Shown: in pieces, positions 49,198 to 59,972 of the stretch
How the letters are laid out: every line of letters begins with the position of its first letter
Numbering within the stretch: position 1 is the stretch's first letter
NCBI GenBank assembly: GCA_023381415.1
Contig: JAMCUN010000012.1
Location: 344 to 64,343 of the forward strand
Source: Thermoplasmatota archaeon
GTDB lineage: Archaea; Thermoplasmatota; Thermoplasmata; Thermoplasmatales; GCA-001856825
Length of the DNA: 64,000 nt
Reading direction: 5' to 3'
Translations under genes and position numbers: made by a program
Notes under the pieces: model-generated
What the model was told of the DNA's origin: nothing
The model's database searches: none
Seen by the model: the letters and a program-made list of their open reading frames with translations, nothing else

Positions 49198-49662
49198 ATG
49201 AAAGGGGAATACGATTCTCTGGACATAAGGATATTGAATGTTCTGAGGGAAGATGCAACTATCGGATATAACGAGATATCAAAGAGGGTTAAGTCTCCTC
49301 CCACAACGGTGTTCCAGAGGGTCAAGAGGATGAAGGACAGGGAAATCATAAAGAAAATCGTTCCGCTTATTGACCACGACAAGCTTGATTACAAACTGAC
49401 TGCCTTCGTTACTGTTTCCATAAGCGATATCAAGGAGCTAGACAGGATTGCTAAGGAGCTTTCCAAGTTCGAGGAGGTTCTGGACGTTCACCACACTTCG
49501 GGAGATAGTGACCTTCTCCTAAAGATAAAGGTGAGGGACAGTAACGAGCTGAAGGATTTCGAGGTGGAAAAGGTCGGGGCAATTAAGGGTATAAGGTCTG
49601 TCGGCACTACCCTCAGTCTGGGAGTTTTCAAGGAAGAGTTTTCAGTTAAGCTGAGAGCGTAA
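49198..49662 (+). CDS. Lrp/AsnC family regulator
   Basis: LDIRILNVL..HTH..RVKRM; SGDSDLLLKI RAM domain. Confidence 0.93.
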   Translation: MKGEYDSLDIRILNVLREDATIGYNEISKRVKSPPTTVFQRVKRMKDREIIKKIVPLIDHDKLDYKLTAFVTVSISDIKELDRIAKELSKFEEVLDVHHTSGDSDLLLKIKVRDSNELKDFEVEKVGAIKGIRSVGTTLSLGVFKEEFSVKLRA

Positions 49663-50501
49663 TGATTGAAATACAGGGGATCACAAAGAGGTACAATAAG
49701 CACATATTTGCACTGAAGGGGATTGAGGCTTCCCTCAAGGAGAGAGTGACCACTGTAATTGGCAGGAATGGGGCTGGCAAAACAACTCTAATCAGGATTC
49801 TTTCAACACAACTCTTCCCTTCGTCAGGGACTGCCCTTATAGAGGGATTTGATATCCTAAAGGAAACAAAGAAAGTGAGACAGCTGATCAGCAGCATTCC
49901 TCAGGAGGCCCAACTGATTGGCATCCTATCTCCTCTTGAGCAGATGCAGTTATACTTGATGGCCAGGGGATTTTCTACTTCACAGGCAAAGGAGGAATCC
50001 AAGGATGCGTTGGACGAACTTGAACTCTATGATTTCAGAAATGCTCCTTCAGACACTCTCTCAGGAGGAATGAAGAGGAAGGTATTTGTTGCAATGGCAC
50101 TTGCGGCTAAAGCTCCAGTTATATTTCTTGATGAGCCTACAACAGGACTGGACCCTCTTTCTAGAATCGAAGTCTGGTCTGCCATCAAGAGGTTGTCGTC
50201 AAAGATAATTCTGACAACTCACTATATGGAGGAGGCGCAGGAACTTTCAAACGAAGTTGTTGTCATAGATCAGGGTAAAATAATCACACAAGGAACTGTT
50301 AACAATCTTCTTTCGACGTTCAATGGAAAGATGAGAGCGGAGAAGTTGGACGGGGAGGAATTTGACATAAAGATTGCGAATGTAGCAATCAAATATATTG
50401 AACAGGATAGGGTTGATGAATTCCTGAGGAAGGGGTATGATATCAAGAGAATCAACCTTGACGATATATTCCTCTCAAAGGGGGTAAGTCTTGAATCCTA
50501 A
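49662..50501 (+). CDS. ABC exporter ATP-binding subunit
   Basis: GRNGAGKT, LSGGMKR, LDEPTTGLD, TTHYMEEA. Confidence 0.95.
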   Translation: MIEIQGITKRYNKHIFALKGIEASLKERVTTVIGRNGAGKTTLIRILSTQLFPSSGTALIEGFDILKETKKVRQLISSIPQEAQLIGILSPLEQMQLYLMARGFSTSQAKEESKDALDELELYDFRNAPSDTLSGGMKRKVFVAMALAAKAPVIFLDEPTTGLDPLSRIEVWSAIKRLSSKIILTTHYMEEAQELSNEVVVIDQGKIITQGTVNNLLSTFNGKMRAEKLDGEEFDIKIANVAIKYIEQDRVDEFLRKGYDIKRINLDDIFLSKGVSLES

Positions 50502-51210
50502 GTTCATTCTTTTCTTTGCCTGGTATTACGGGTTTTACGTGGTTCTAAGAGGTCCGTCATATTTGCTTGCATCACTCTCTCTTCCGTTGACCCTCCTATT
50601 CATGGTCACAATATTCACCCACGGTACCCTTATAGCGTTTGCAATAGCGGGAGGACCTATAGCGATAGTCGCAGCTAACAGTATAAACGGAGCTGCAGAT
50701 GCCGCGTTTTTCAGGATACAGATAAGGATCCAGGACCTGTTTGTTGCAACGAGTATCACTTCCCAGGACTACATGTTTGCCCTTTCGCTGAGCTATCTGG
50801 TCTTTTCGCTTCCAGGAATCATCTTGTACGGAATTCTTGGTTCATACCTAAGAGTCTTTTCTCTCAATTCTGCACCGTGGATAATCGGCGTGCTTGTCCT
50901 GCTAACGCTCACAATTTCCAATCTATCATTCATAATAGCGGGCCTTCTTAAGCACATAAGGAACGTGTGGGGAATAACGGCCATACTATCCATAATAATG
51001 ACAGTCCTTCCTCCCACATTCTATCCCTATAGCTACCTCCCAAACTGGATACTGTATGTTCTATCAATTTCGCCCGTCACCCCTGCTGCTGTGCTTTTGC
51101 AAGGAATTGTTGGGTTAGAGAGGATTCAGTACTGGATGTTGGCAATACTTTTTTTCGAAACAGTAGTTCTCACACTTCTGGGAAGGAAATTCATCAGATG
51201 GAGGGAATAA
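50491..51210 (+). CDS. ABC-2 type permease
   Basis: Six TM helices, FYP..LP.W..ISPVT; overlaps ATPase gene. Confidence 0.88.
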   Translation: MNPKFILFFAWYYGFYVVLRGPSYLLASLSLPLTLLFMVTIFTHGTLIAFAIAGGPIAIVAANSINGAADAAFFRIQIRIQDLFVATSITSQDYMFALSLSYLVFSLPGIILYGILGSYLRVFSLNSAPWIIGVLVLLTLTISNLSFIIAGLLKHIRNVWGITAILSIIMTVLPPTFYPYSYLPNWILYVLSISPVTPAAVLLQGIVGLERIQYWMLAILFFETVVLTLLGRKFIRWRE

Positions 51211-51265
51211 TTTACAGTTTTCCATTTTGGACAAACATTTTAATCGATAGATTGATTGACAGTAC

Positions 51266-51571
51266 GCCGGGCTGGCCGGGAGGGTAGGCGTCTCCTGTTA
51301 CTCGAAACCGTCTATACGCGGGGGCGACAGCCGACATAGAAGGCAACCTTGAGGGTGTGAGCCCCTGATGTTCGGCGAAACTCTGTCCCATCAGATCCAG
51401 GTTGTATACAACTCACCCGTAGGGGAGAGCGGTATGCGTTATCACGGAAATCCCGCCAGGACCGGAAGGGAGCAACGGTTACGTGGACCGCGGATGCCGG
51501 TGGGGGCACGGAGCGGAGAACTGATTGGGTATCCACATCCTACTATCGCCCTTTGATGTCGGTGGCCCGGC
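51266..51571 (+). ncRNA. ffs: Archaeal SRP (7S) RNA
   Basis: ~305 nt, terminal helix GCCGGGC/GCCCGGC, helix-8 motif CCAGGACCGGAAGGGAGCAACGG, GC-rich. Confidence 0.93.
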
Positions 51572-51719
51572 TTCTACACCTTAGACATAATTGATGCTTT
51601 AGTGGAATTGATGTAACTTTCTCGCTGAGAAAAAAGGTGTATTATGCACATCTGCAACTCCAAATTGAGGACCGGACCGCTAGCTCAAGTGTTAAATATT
51701 CATTGAAAATTGTGCCATA

Positions 51720-52823
51720 TTGAACAATAAGAAGACAATACACGACTCGATTTATGGATCGATAGAGTTAGAAGACATAGCTTCAAGATTGATAGAAACG
51801 AAGGAATTTCAGAGGCTGAATACGATAAAACAGCTCGGCTTCACTTATCTTGTGTTCCCTGGAGCCACTCACTCCAGGTTTGAGCATTCATTGGGGACAC
51901 ACTATCTTGCGAGAGAGGCATCTAGCAGGCTGGAATTGGACAAGATGGATGTGCTTGACGTCTCGCTGGCAGGCCTCCTTCACGATGTAGGACATTCCCC
52001 CTTCTCTCACGCTCTAGAGGAGGCTATGATCAGGATGTACGGGAAAGATCACCTTGATGTTACTATAGAAATAATTCAAGGGAAGACAAAGGACAACGAG
52101 ATCAGGGATGTCCTGGGGAGCCACACAGAGGCGGTGGTCGAAATCCTGAAAGGGCGGAAAGGTGTGCTGAGCAGGTTGATCTCCGGGAACGGCGACGTCG
52201 ATCAGATAGACTACCTGGCGAGGGATTCCCACTATACAGGGGTAGCGTTGGGAGCAGTCGACATTCCTAGGATACTGAGAGTCCTTTCTATATTCAACGG
52301 TGAGTTTTGCGTGGAAGAGAAAGGGCTCCCATCGGTGGAGGGGTTGATGGTTGCCAGGATGCTGATGTACAGAACCGTTTACAGGCACAAGACGGCCCTC
52401 ATAGTTGCATCTATAGCGAACGATGCACTTGAGGCCCTCAATCCGGACTTTGAAGATTTCGTGGCCTGGAATGATTGTGATTTCCTGTCAGAGCTAAAGA
52501 CAAATGATCTTAAAACATATGAAGCAATCAAAAACAGAAGGATCCCGAAGGGAATTCTGGTCAAGTGTAGCCAGGAAGAATTCCTAGGAGTGGTAGAGAG
52601 ATTCGAGGGGAAGATAATGTCGTCACAGTACCTGAAGTCCCCATTCAAGAAAGAGGTTCTCAATGTGCTCACCAACGGAGAGATAAGGCCAATGACTGAT
52701 TTCTCGTCGATTATGGAGTTCCTTGAAAGGGAGCTGGAGGGGATGGGCCTCCTGGTATTCGAGAATGAAAACGAGGAGTACATAAGGGATGCCCTCAGGA
52801 GAATGAATATAACAGGCCAGTAG
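51720..52823 (+). CDS. HD-domain phosphohydrolase (dNTPase/SAMHD1-like family)
   Basis: EFQRL..IKQLG, HSRFEHSLG, LLHDVGHSPFSH, DVDQIDYLARD. Confidence 0.92.
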   Translation: MNNKKTIHDSIYGSIELEDIASRLIETKEFQRLNTIKQLGFTYLVFPGATHSRFEHSLGTHYLAREASSRLELDKMDVLDVSLAGLLHDVGHSPFSHALEEAMIRMYGKDHLDVTIEIIQGKTKDNEIRDVLGSHTEAVVEILKGRKGVLSRLISGNGDVDQIDYLARDSHYTGVALGAVDIPRILRVLSIFNGEFCVEEKGLPSVEGLMVARMLMYRTVYRHKTALIVASIANDALEALNPDFEDFVAWNDCDFLSELKTNDLKTYEAIKNRRIPKGILVKCSQEEFLGVVERFEGKIMSSQYLKSPFKKEVLNVLTNGEIRPMTDFSSIMEFLERELEGMGLLVFENENEEYIRDALRRMNITGQ

Positions 52824-52855
52824 CAAATAATTATAGAATATCGTCATTTATCACC

Positions 52856-53416
52856 ATGATCCGGCCTATCGGGAAAAGAGCTAAGGAGATCGTGATGAAG
52901 GACCCAGTGAACCTCAGCTCATTTCCTGATAAGGATGTGTACCTCTGTTTCCTGCCAGAGATGTCAGGGGAGGAGGAGAACTTCCTGATAGAGTCAATGA
53001 ACAACTTCCTTGTCCTCCTTTTTCCGATGGGGGTTGAATTCACCGAGAAAGTGGTCCAGAGCCAGGGAATCCTAACACGGATGGAGAGAAGACGATCAAA
53101 GATAGTACTCTATGACGACGAGATGAGGAAGTTTCCGAATTTTGCATTCTCAAAACTGGTGGAGTTCAGGGAGCACCTTATCTACCTGCTCCACATAGCA
53201 TACTCGCAGCGTCAGTCCCTGTTTCTTGGAAGGGATGCAGTTGGAATGAGTTATGCAAAGATAAAGTATGACCCGTTCACCACCATAGACGCAGTAAGGA
53301 CAAGTCCCTGGTATGCTCCAGGGAAGGAGGAGGTGTTTTCCTTTTCAAAGTATAACGCCGGTCACATATTATCGCCAGATCTGGGAGAGATATTCGCAGT
53401 CACTTTCAAAGAGTGA
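52856..53416 (+). CDS. Hypothetical protein
   Basis: 186-aa ORF co-oriented in the gene string, genome-like codon usage, no recognised motif. Confidence 0.7.
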   Translation: MIRPIGKRAKEIVMKDPVNLSSFPDKDVYLCFLPEMSGEEENFLIESMNNFLVLLFPMGVEFTEKVVQSQGILTRMERRRSKIVLYDDEMRKFPNFAFSKLVEFREHLIYLLHIAYSQRQSLFLGRDAVGMSYAKIKYDPFTTIDAVRTSPWYAPGKEEVFSFSKYNAGHILSPDLGEIFAVTFKE

Positions 53417-53473
53417 GCAGACATCTCATCAATCCATAAGAAAATTAGATTAATCAATTAGGTCTCAGGACTT

Positions 53474-54550
53474 ATGGACGTAGAGAAGTTGTTTGATCTT
53501 AACCAGAATGTAGAAGCAATTCTTATATACAATGGAGGGGAAAGTTCGAATGACCCCTCGTTCTTCTATTTCACTCAGCTTACGAGGGGCCTGTTTGAAG
53601 GCTCCTACGTATTTGTAACAAGGAAGAACCTGAAGGTTATCACGAGCCAGTTAGAGGAAGAGACTGCGAGGACAGAGGACCTGGACGTTGAGGTATTCAG
53701 TTCAGGGAAGGAGAGAGATCAAATCCTAAAGGATATAACAAAAGGCATAACATTTCTAGGAGTAAATTTCTCGGGATTGTCACATACAGATTATCTATCC
53801 CTCAGGAACAGACTGCCGGACAAAGAAATGGTGGATGTGGGCGAGTCAATAGCAAACCTGAGGCAGATCAAGTCGGAGAGGGAGATCACTAAGTTGAAGG
53901 AAGCGGCAAGGATTGTTTCCAAAGTGGGAGAGGAAATTCCGGGCATGCTGATTGAAGGACTCACTGAAGGGGAGCTTGCAGCTAAAGTCAACTACGAAAT
54001 GATGAAGTACGGAGCATCATCACCAAGTTTCGATACAATTGCAGCATTCGGACCAGATGCCGCCGAGCCTCACTTCTCAGGAGGAAAGAGAAAACTGAAA
54101 AAAGGGGATGTCGTATTGGTGGACTTCGGGGCAAAGTTTGAGAGGTACTGCTCAGACATGACGAGAACGTACTTCTACGGTAAACCGGATAAGGAGATGC
54201 AGGAAATGTATGATGTAGTACTGGAGGCGCAGAGCGCCGGAATCAAGGCAGTAAAAAGTGGGGAAAACGGCAAGGCTGTCGATGGCGCTTCAAGGAAGGT
54301 CATAGACTCGTCGAAATTCAAGGGTAAGTTCATTCACGGACTTGGACATGGAATCGGGCTGAATGTCCATGACCATCCAGCCCTGAGTCCTCTTCTGGAC
54401 TTCTATCTTAAGGAGAACATGGTCGTAACCGTCGAGCCGGGAGTTTACATTCCGAAGAAGGGTGGAGTGAGGATTGAAGATGATGTAGTGGTAACAAAGA
54501 GCGGTAGCCAGTTAATCACAACAGCATCGAGAGAGTTACAAATAGTATGA
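53474..54550 (+). CDS. pepQ: Xaa-Pro peptidase (M24B)
   Basis: PH, DFGA..YCSDMTRT, HGLGHGIGL.VHD, TVEPG, GVRIEDD. Confidence 0.93.
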   Translation: MDVEKLFDLNQNVEAILIYNGGESSNDPSFFYFTQLTRGLFEGSYVFVTRKNLKVITSQLEEETARTEDLDVEVFSSGKERDQILKDITKGITFLGVNFSGLSHTDYLSLRNRLPDKEMVDVGESIANLRQIKSEREITKLKEAARIVSKVGEEIPGMLIEGLTEGELAAKVNYEMMKYGASSPSFDTIAAFGPDAAEPHFSGGKRKLKKGDVVLVDFGAKFERYCSDMTRTYFYGKPDKEMQEMYDVVLEAQSAGIKAVKSGENGKAVDGASRKVIDSSKFKGKFIHGLGHGIGLNVHDHPALSPLLDFYLKENMVVTVEPGVYIPKKGGVRIEDDVVVTKSGSQLITTASRELQIV

Positions 54551-55608
54551 AGAAAGAGGAAATGGTGGGAGTTTACCCTTTCATGAGGGTTGCCCTAAGG
54601 GAGTACTTCCATCGAGGAACCTCAATCGAATCGTTTCTGGATTCAAACGAAGCGAATCTGAAGCAATCTGTGGAACAGCTCTCGAGGATAATGAATGGTG
54701 AAGAGATCACATTTTCTACTGACCCTGAGGACAGGGTGGTTGACTACATAATAACCAAGATTGTGCTAACCTACATCCGGGACTACTTCATTTCTGCTAG
54801 ATATGCAATCAAGGAAAGGAATGCTCTATACGAAAACCTAAAAAGGGAGAACGACCCCAAGACCCTGAAGCTTGTTTCTCAGGAGCTGAACGTTGACGTT
54901 GAGAAACAGGGGGAGAATTATCTCATACCAATCTCACCTTTTCTGAAGAATGCAGTCGTTTTCAACGACAGGGAGCTGAAGCTGTGCAACCAGGTGTTGA
55001 AAGACGGGAATGTTGTAGCATCACAGAACGTGCTCGCGAAAATTCTGAGGGAGGCATTCTATAGGAAATATATGCAGGAGGTTAACGAGGTTGTGGAATT
55101 TCCTCAAGAAGTAGACAAGATGCTGAAACCATGGGTAGGCGGGATAATATCCAAGGGGCAGGAGATAAGGCAGGAAAGGGCAAATCTCGGTCCCCTCAAC
55201 GAGAGGTCTTTCCCACCGTGTCTTGCTGAGATAATAGACCAGATGAAAAAGGGTGCTAACGTATCTCACGCGGGCCGGTTCTTTCTCGTCACGTTCCTGC
55301 ACAGGATTGGGCTTCCTAACGATGAGATACTGAAATATTTCGGCAAGGTACCAGACTTCGCGGAGAAAATTACGAAGTATCAGATAGAACACATAACCGG
55401 CAGCGGAAGAGGGAGGGAGTACAGCGTTCCGTCATGTCAGACTCTTGGTTCTCTAGGGCTATGTTATAAGGAGAGGGACCCTCTCTGTGCTTCTGGCAAG
55501 GTATCCCATCCTCTCGGTTTCTATAGAACCAGAAACCTAGGTAATAGATCGGTAAGCAAGGGTAGCTCTGTAGACGGAGTTGACAATCCCCGCAACCCCA
55601 AGAAATAG
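54547..55608 (+). CDS. priL: DNA primase large subunit
   Basis: YPF, FPPC, H.GRF, YQIEHI, Y.VPSC, Fe-S Cys ligands, HPL.FY. Confidence 0.93.
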   Translation: MKKEEMVGVYPFMRVALREYFHRGTSIESFLDSNEANLKQSVEQLSRIMNGEEITFSTDPEDRVVDYIITKIVLTYIRDYFISARYAIKERNALYENLKRENDPKTLKLVSQELNVDVEKQGENYLIPISPFLKNAVVFNDRELKLCNQVLKDGNVVASQNVLAKILREAFYRKYMQEVNEVVEFPQEVDKMLKPWVGGIISKGQEIRQERANLGPLNERSFPPCLAEIIDQMKKGANVSHAGRFFLVTFLHRIGLPNDEILKYFGKVPDFAEKITKYQIEHITGSGRGREYSVPSCQTLGSLGLCYKERDPLCASGKVSHPLGFYRTRNLGNRSVSKGSSVDGVDNPRNPKK

Positions 55609-56145
55609 CAGTGCCCACGAAGTTATGAAGTAACCGAATATCGGGAGGTTTGTGGTAAAGACCTGAGCCACGGTCACAAGTAGTATTATCACCAATCTGT
55701 CTGCCCTTCCAGGGAAACCTCCGTAAATCCTGTTCAACCCTACGGCCTGGGACTGCGTGCCCACGTAGCTACTCAGGAAAGTTCCTGCAATGGCCAGAAT
55801 ACCGAAAGGCAGGTTTCCGAAGATGCTGACGGTCATTCCAAGAAGGATGACGAAATCTGAATACCTGTCAAGAAGATGATCAAGGAAGTCACCCTTCTTT
55901 GAGGACTTGTTGAACTTCCTAGCAACCGCTCCGTCTAGTGCGTCGAGATAGGCCGAGCCAGCGAGAAGGATGAATGCGCATATGATGAAAATGATACCAT
56001 GGCTTCCTAGATAGTAAAATAGGCCGAAAAGTGCTGCAAGGAAGAATGACAGGATAGTGATGAAATTTGGGTTGACATGCTCCAGTCTAGATGCAACTCC
56101 TTCGAAAAGGAAACCTGTGCTCTTCCTCGACTTGTCTAGTACCAA
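55537..56145 (-). CDS. CDP-alcohol phosphatidyltransferase (archaetidylinositol phosphate synthase-like)
   Basis: PNFIT; DALDGAVAR..GDFLDHLLDRYSD. Confidence 0.92.
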   Translation of the reverse strand: MVLDKSRKSTGFLFEGVASRLEHVNPNFITILSFFLAALFGLFYYLGSHGIIFIICAFILLAGSAYLDALDGAVARKFNKSSKKGDFLDHLLDRYSDFVILLGMTVSIFGNLPFGILAIAGTFLSSYVGTQSQAVGLNRIYGGFPGRADRLVIILLVTVAQVFTTNLPIFGYFITSWALLFLGVAGIVNSVYRATLAYRSIT

Positions 56146-56621
56146 TCCAGTATCTCCTCCGTAAGATCTACCTTTACACTAGTAGAAACTCTACCTTTAA
56201 TTACATTTTCTATGAAATCAGCAGTGTTTTCCACGCTTGTATTCATTATCTCGAATGTGTTCCCTGGATGAATCATCTCTGCCTCATACCCTATAATGTC
56301 TATAGCCTCGCTCTCAATGTTGTCCATTATCTTGGAACTTGAATATCCCCTTCGTCTCAGCCTGTTTCCGATATCCTTCAGATGCGCCCTTATGACAACC
56401 ACCTTGTCACATCTCGCATAGTGTGAGAGGTGGCCGAAGAAGATTCCTTCGACCCTGATATTCTTAAGGCATTCCTGATCAACTATCCTCTCGCCATCCT
56501 CCACTCTCAGGACGCAATCGTCAATCAGAGCATCGAACTCAGATGCATCATATCCTCTATCTGAAAGTTTCTTCATGACAGTGGATTTTCCAACTCCAGG
56601 GGTCCCCGTGACGCATATCAT
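56136..56621 (-). CDS. Adenylate kinase AK6/Fap7 family
   Basis: TGTPGVGKS, GHLSH, RL..RGY...KI.DN.ESE. Confidence 0.9.
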   Translation of the reverse strand: MICVTGTPGVGKSTVMKKLSDRGYDASEFDALIDDCVLRVEDGERIVDQECLKNIRVEGIFFGHLSHYARCDKVVVIRAHLKDIGNRLRRRGYSSSKIMDNIESEAIDIIGYEAEMIHPGNTFEIMNTSVENTADFIENVIKGRVSTSVKVDLTEEILDWY

Positions 56622-57889
56622 TTTACTATTCCTAGCTTCAAGGGCCTTGCAAGGTGCCTCCGTGCGATGACCGGCACTTCATAAAATCCAGGAGTTAAAT
56701 CTCTCCTCTCCACTTTCACATCCCCTTTATTGCTTCTTGCTCCGCACTTTCTGCACCTGAATCCGGAATTTCTGCCTGCGCTCTCCATCCTCGTCTTGCA
56801 ATTCGGACACAGAGGAGGTCTAATCTCCTTCACCTCAGAGAGGGATACCACCTCAATCTTCTCAACATTTATCGTACCTACCTTTGTTATCCCCCCATAG
56901 ACCCTCACTTCGTCTCCTTTCCTAAGCTTGGCAAGTAATAATCTGAACTCTTTCGTGGGCTCCATGGCTACCGCTTTCATTTTCTCTCCTTTCATCTCTA
57001 TGCCGAAGGATAGGATTCCACCTCTGCCCCATTCCGGTCCTGAATCTACAAATCCCCTTATGATGGATGAGTTGTATAGCATGGAATCGGCTATGGACCT
57101 TTCCACAAGGTGGTCATCTGTCGCCTGATTAGTCTCGTAAATTATTGAAGATGAATATCTCTCGCTCTTAACGTGCCCTTCATATTCAATAAGTCTATAA
57201 GGATCGATTCCCCTGATCCCAAAGAGGACGGGGGTCTTTGTTGTGGGTCTGATAGCGTTGTACTTGTTCTTAAAGTCAAAACTATCAAAAGTGTCTTTAA
57301 ACGTTCTCTCGATGAACATCGAGCTTTCGTCGTCTACAAAATGCTTCCCGGTCCAGTCTTTCCTGTCCAGATAGGCTATCAGTTCGTACGTTGGGTTATT
57401 TCTTGGCCAGGAGATGGCTGCGTTAGCCCCAACAATTCCGATCTGCCCGTTCATGCTGCTGAAATCACCCTTCGCCTTCTCAAGTACCTTTCTGTAGTCC
57501 ACGAACTCCCGGACAGCTTCCCAGTAGAAATTCTCGTTGTTTGAATCTTCTGCGATCATTAGAGCCGGATTGGTATCCTCGTCCTTTGGGGAAAATCTTT
57601 CAATTATCGACATCACGTCAATGTCCATTTTTTCTCTTCTGTAACGTGGATAGGACCGGACGTTCTCGCCATCTATCTTGCCGATCACTGTGCTTTCTCC
57701 CTCTCCCCTCCCAAGTCTAAGGGAGATAGCAGCGTTTCCTCGAGTCTTTAGGGGTATGTTGGGGTTCAGCCTGACCAGTTTCGGATACCCTATCAGATCA
57801 AGGTTTGAACTCCTGAGAATTTCGATTGTTAGATAAGTTGTGCACATCTCGTTACGGGAATCGGTATCATCTATACCAAGTATCGGCAC
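56618..57889 (-). CDS. tiaS: tRNA(Ile2) agmatinylcytidine synthase
   Basis: GIDDTDS..MCTTY, LVRLNPNIP.KTRGN, TNQATDDH, EPTK.FR, zinc ribbon, RRHLARP. Confidence 0.96.
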   Translation of the reverse strand: MPILGIDDTDSRNEMCTTYLTIEILRSSNLDLIGYPKLVRLNPNIPLKTRGNAAISLRLGRGEGESTVIGKIDGENVRSYPRYRREKMDIDVMSIIERFSPKDEDTNPALMIAEDSNNENFYWEAVREFVDYRKVLEKAKGDFSSMNGQIGIVGANAAISWPRNNPTYELIAYLDRKDWTGKHFVDDESSMFIERTFKDTFDSFDFKNKYNAIRPTTKTPVLFGIRGIDPYRLIEYEGHVKSERYSSSIIYETNQATDDHLVERSIADSMLYNSSIIRGFVDSGPEWGRGGILSFGIEMKGEKMKAVAMEPTKEFRLLLAKLRKGDEVRVYGGITKVGTINVEKIEVVSLSEVKEIRPPLCPNCKTRMESAGRNSGFRCRKCGARSNKGDVKVERRDLTPGFYEVPVIARRHLARPLKLGIVK

Positions 57890-58674
57890 TATTTCCCGTA
57901 CCTCCTCTGTCTCTTCTGGTAATCCCTCACTGCCTTGAGCAAATCTAGCTTAGTTATATCAGGCCAGTATACATCAGTAAAATAGAGTTCAGAGTAGGCC
58001 GATTGCCAGAGGAGGAAATTGCTGATCCTCTCCTCCCCTGAAGTTCTGATCACCAGGTCAGGATCATCTATTTCCCCTGTATAGAGGTACCGTTCTATGA
58101 GTTTCTCGTCAATATCTTCTGGATTGAGGGTGCCCTTCTTCACCTCCTTAGAAATACTCTTTATCGCATCCAGTATCTCCTCCCTCCCTCCGTAGGCTAT
58201 CGCTACATTGAGAAGGTATTTATCGAAATTCTTCGTATACTCTTCCGCCCTGCTCGCTGCAAGTCTCACAGCTTCAGGGAGGAGTTCTGTCTTTCCGATC
58301 AGCCTCACTCTTATCCTGTTCTTAGTTATCCTCTCATCCCTGACCAGGTCGTTGAAGCTGTTTGCGTAAAGATTCATAAGGTATTCTATCTCAGAAGAAT
58401 CCCTCTTGAAATTTTCTGTTGAGAACGCATATACTGTAACTATCTTAATTCCTATGTCGTATGCCCAGTCCAGGAACTCCTCAAGACGCTCCTTTCCAAG
58501 GAGGTGTCCCTTGTCGCTGGATACGTTCAACTGTCTTGCGAATCTTCTGTTCCCATCCATTATCACAGCCACGTGCCTGGGAAGCGGGTCCTTCTTTATG
58601 TCCTCCAAGAGGCTCTGTTCGTATCTCTCCCTTATTCCAGATAGAACAGAACTGAAGAATCCCTGCTTCGCCAT
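57889..58674 (-). CDS. uppS: cis-polyprenyl diphosphate synthase
   Basis: HVAVIMDGNRR, YAFSTENF, YGGR, IRTSGEERISNFLLWQ. Confidence 0.96.
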   Translation of the reverse strand: MAKQGFFSSVLSGIRERYEQSLLEDIKKDPLPRHVAVIMDGNRRFARQLNVSSDKGHLLGKERLEEFLDWAYDIGIKIVTVYAFSTENFKRDSSEIEYLMNLYANSFNDLVRDERITKNRIRVRLIGKTELLPEAVRLAASRAEEYTKNFDKYLLNVAIAYGGREEILDAIKSISKEVKKGTLNPEDIDEKLIERYLYTGEIDDPDLVIRTSGEERISNFLLWQSAYSELYFTDVYWPDITKLDLLKAVRDYQKRQRRYGK

Positions 58675-58706
58675 GATTGCTCAAATAGTTAAAGAGAATA
58701 AATTGT

Positions 58707-59600
58707 TTACTTCTTTTCAAGCATGAAGTAGAAGAGAGAAGAAGATGGGGAATAACCATGGACAGTCTTCTTCAACAGGATTTCCACTCCAGAGAATGTC
58801 ACTTCCTCTGTTCTCTTTGATATGCAAGTGACGTGGATAATGGTCCCCTTCATCAAGCTCTCAATTATCTCCTGGGTAACAGGTACAGGCTGGGTCGGGT
58901 GATTCATGATCACCTGTTCAACACCACTGATGCAACTGTATATACTGTTTGAGTCTGCGATTACAGCTTTACCGCTCACCCTGTTCATTCTCATGTTCCG
59001 TACCATCAGCCGGATTGCTTCAGGGTTCATGTCTATAGACAGGACGTTCATGTTCCTCTTGAGAAGAGGAATGGATATCGGCCCCACTCCAGAATACATA
59101 TCCACTATCAGCCCAGATTTGGCTGACTTCAAGCATTTTTCAACAATATCATTTCTGAGGGAAGCCAGTCGGGGGGAGAAATATGCGCTTTCAAGGTCTA
59201 CGTAGTACCTGAGACCATTCTCTCTGTGAATGCCTGAAGGGTTTCCAGTCCCGTACACCCTCTTTAGTTTTCTGATCCTGAAAGACCCTTCCACTCCACT
59301 GTCAAGGAATATCGCCCTAGGTGCCTGTTTCCTTTGAATTTCTTCGAGAACATCCTGCCATCCATCCCTCTCCTTTATTACAAAAAAGTCAGCAACCCTC
59401 TCAAAACTTCCCACGTGTTCCATCCTGATCCTCTTGTTCTCCACGAATTCTCCAGTTTCAGTGGAGTGCCTGACCGGTACAAGGACCCATTCTTTCTCCC
59501 TCCTGATCTTGTAACCTTCTAGTAACTCGCCGCTCGTCTTCAGCCTGCCGATCTCCTTCTCCGCATCTTTCTGTTTAATTCTGACGAATGGAACTCTCAC
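58707..59600 (-). CDS. Trm5/Met-10-like tRNA methyltransferase
   Basis: HRENG, YFSPRL, DMYSGVGP, IMNHP. Confidence 0.85.
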   Translation of the reverse strand: MRVPFVRIKQKDAEKEIGRLKTSGELLEGYKIRREKEWVLVPVRHSTETGEFVENKRIRMEHVGSFERVADFFVIKERDGWQDVLEEIQRKQAPRAIFLDSGVEGSFRIRKLKRVYGTGNPSGIHRENGLRYYVDLESAYFSPRLASLRNDIVEKCLKSAKSGLIVDMYSGVGPISIPLLKRNMNVLSIDMNPEAIRLMVRNMRMNRVSGKAVIADSNSIYSCISGVEQVIMNHPTQPVPVTQEIIESLMKGTIIHVTCISKRTEEVTFSGVEILLKKTVHGYSPSSSLFYFMLEKK

Positions 59601-59640
59601 CTCAGGAAAATGTATTTATTTAATTTAACTTTGGGAAATT

Positions 59641-59946
59641 GTGTTCTGTCCTAAATGTGGATCTATGATGTTCCCGAAGGGCGAAGTTTGGATATGCAGG
59701 AAATGTGGCTACACTGTAGCGATAAAGGAAGAGGAGAAGAAAGGTATAGTGGAGAAGGGGAAGAAGAAGGAAACAATAGTAGTAGAGAAAGAAGAAATCA
59801 ATCTTCCGATAGACAAGACTGTCCAGTGCCCTAAGTGCAAGGAATTCGGAGTATACTGGGAGGCGATGCAAACTAGGGCAGCAGACGAGCCTGAGACAAG
59901 ATTCTACACCTGCACCCACTGCGGGCACAGGTGGAGGGAATACTAA
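59641..59946 (+). CDS. tfs: Transcription factor S
   Basis: Two zinc ribbons; QTRAADEP acidic hairpin; WREY. Confidence 0.96.
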   Translation: MFCPKCGSMMFPKGEVWICRKCGYTVAIKEEEKKGIVEKGKKKETIVVEKEEINLPIDKTVQCPKCKEFGVYWEAMQTRAADEPETRFYTCTHCGHRWREY

Positions 59947-59972
59947 TCCCGATCAACAGTCAAAACTGTCAA

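Noticed and set aside
51312..51556. Short ORFs on both strands
   Set aside because: Lie inside the SRP RNA gene
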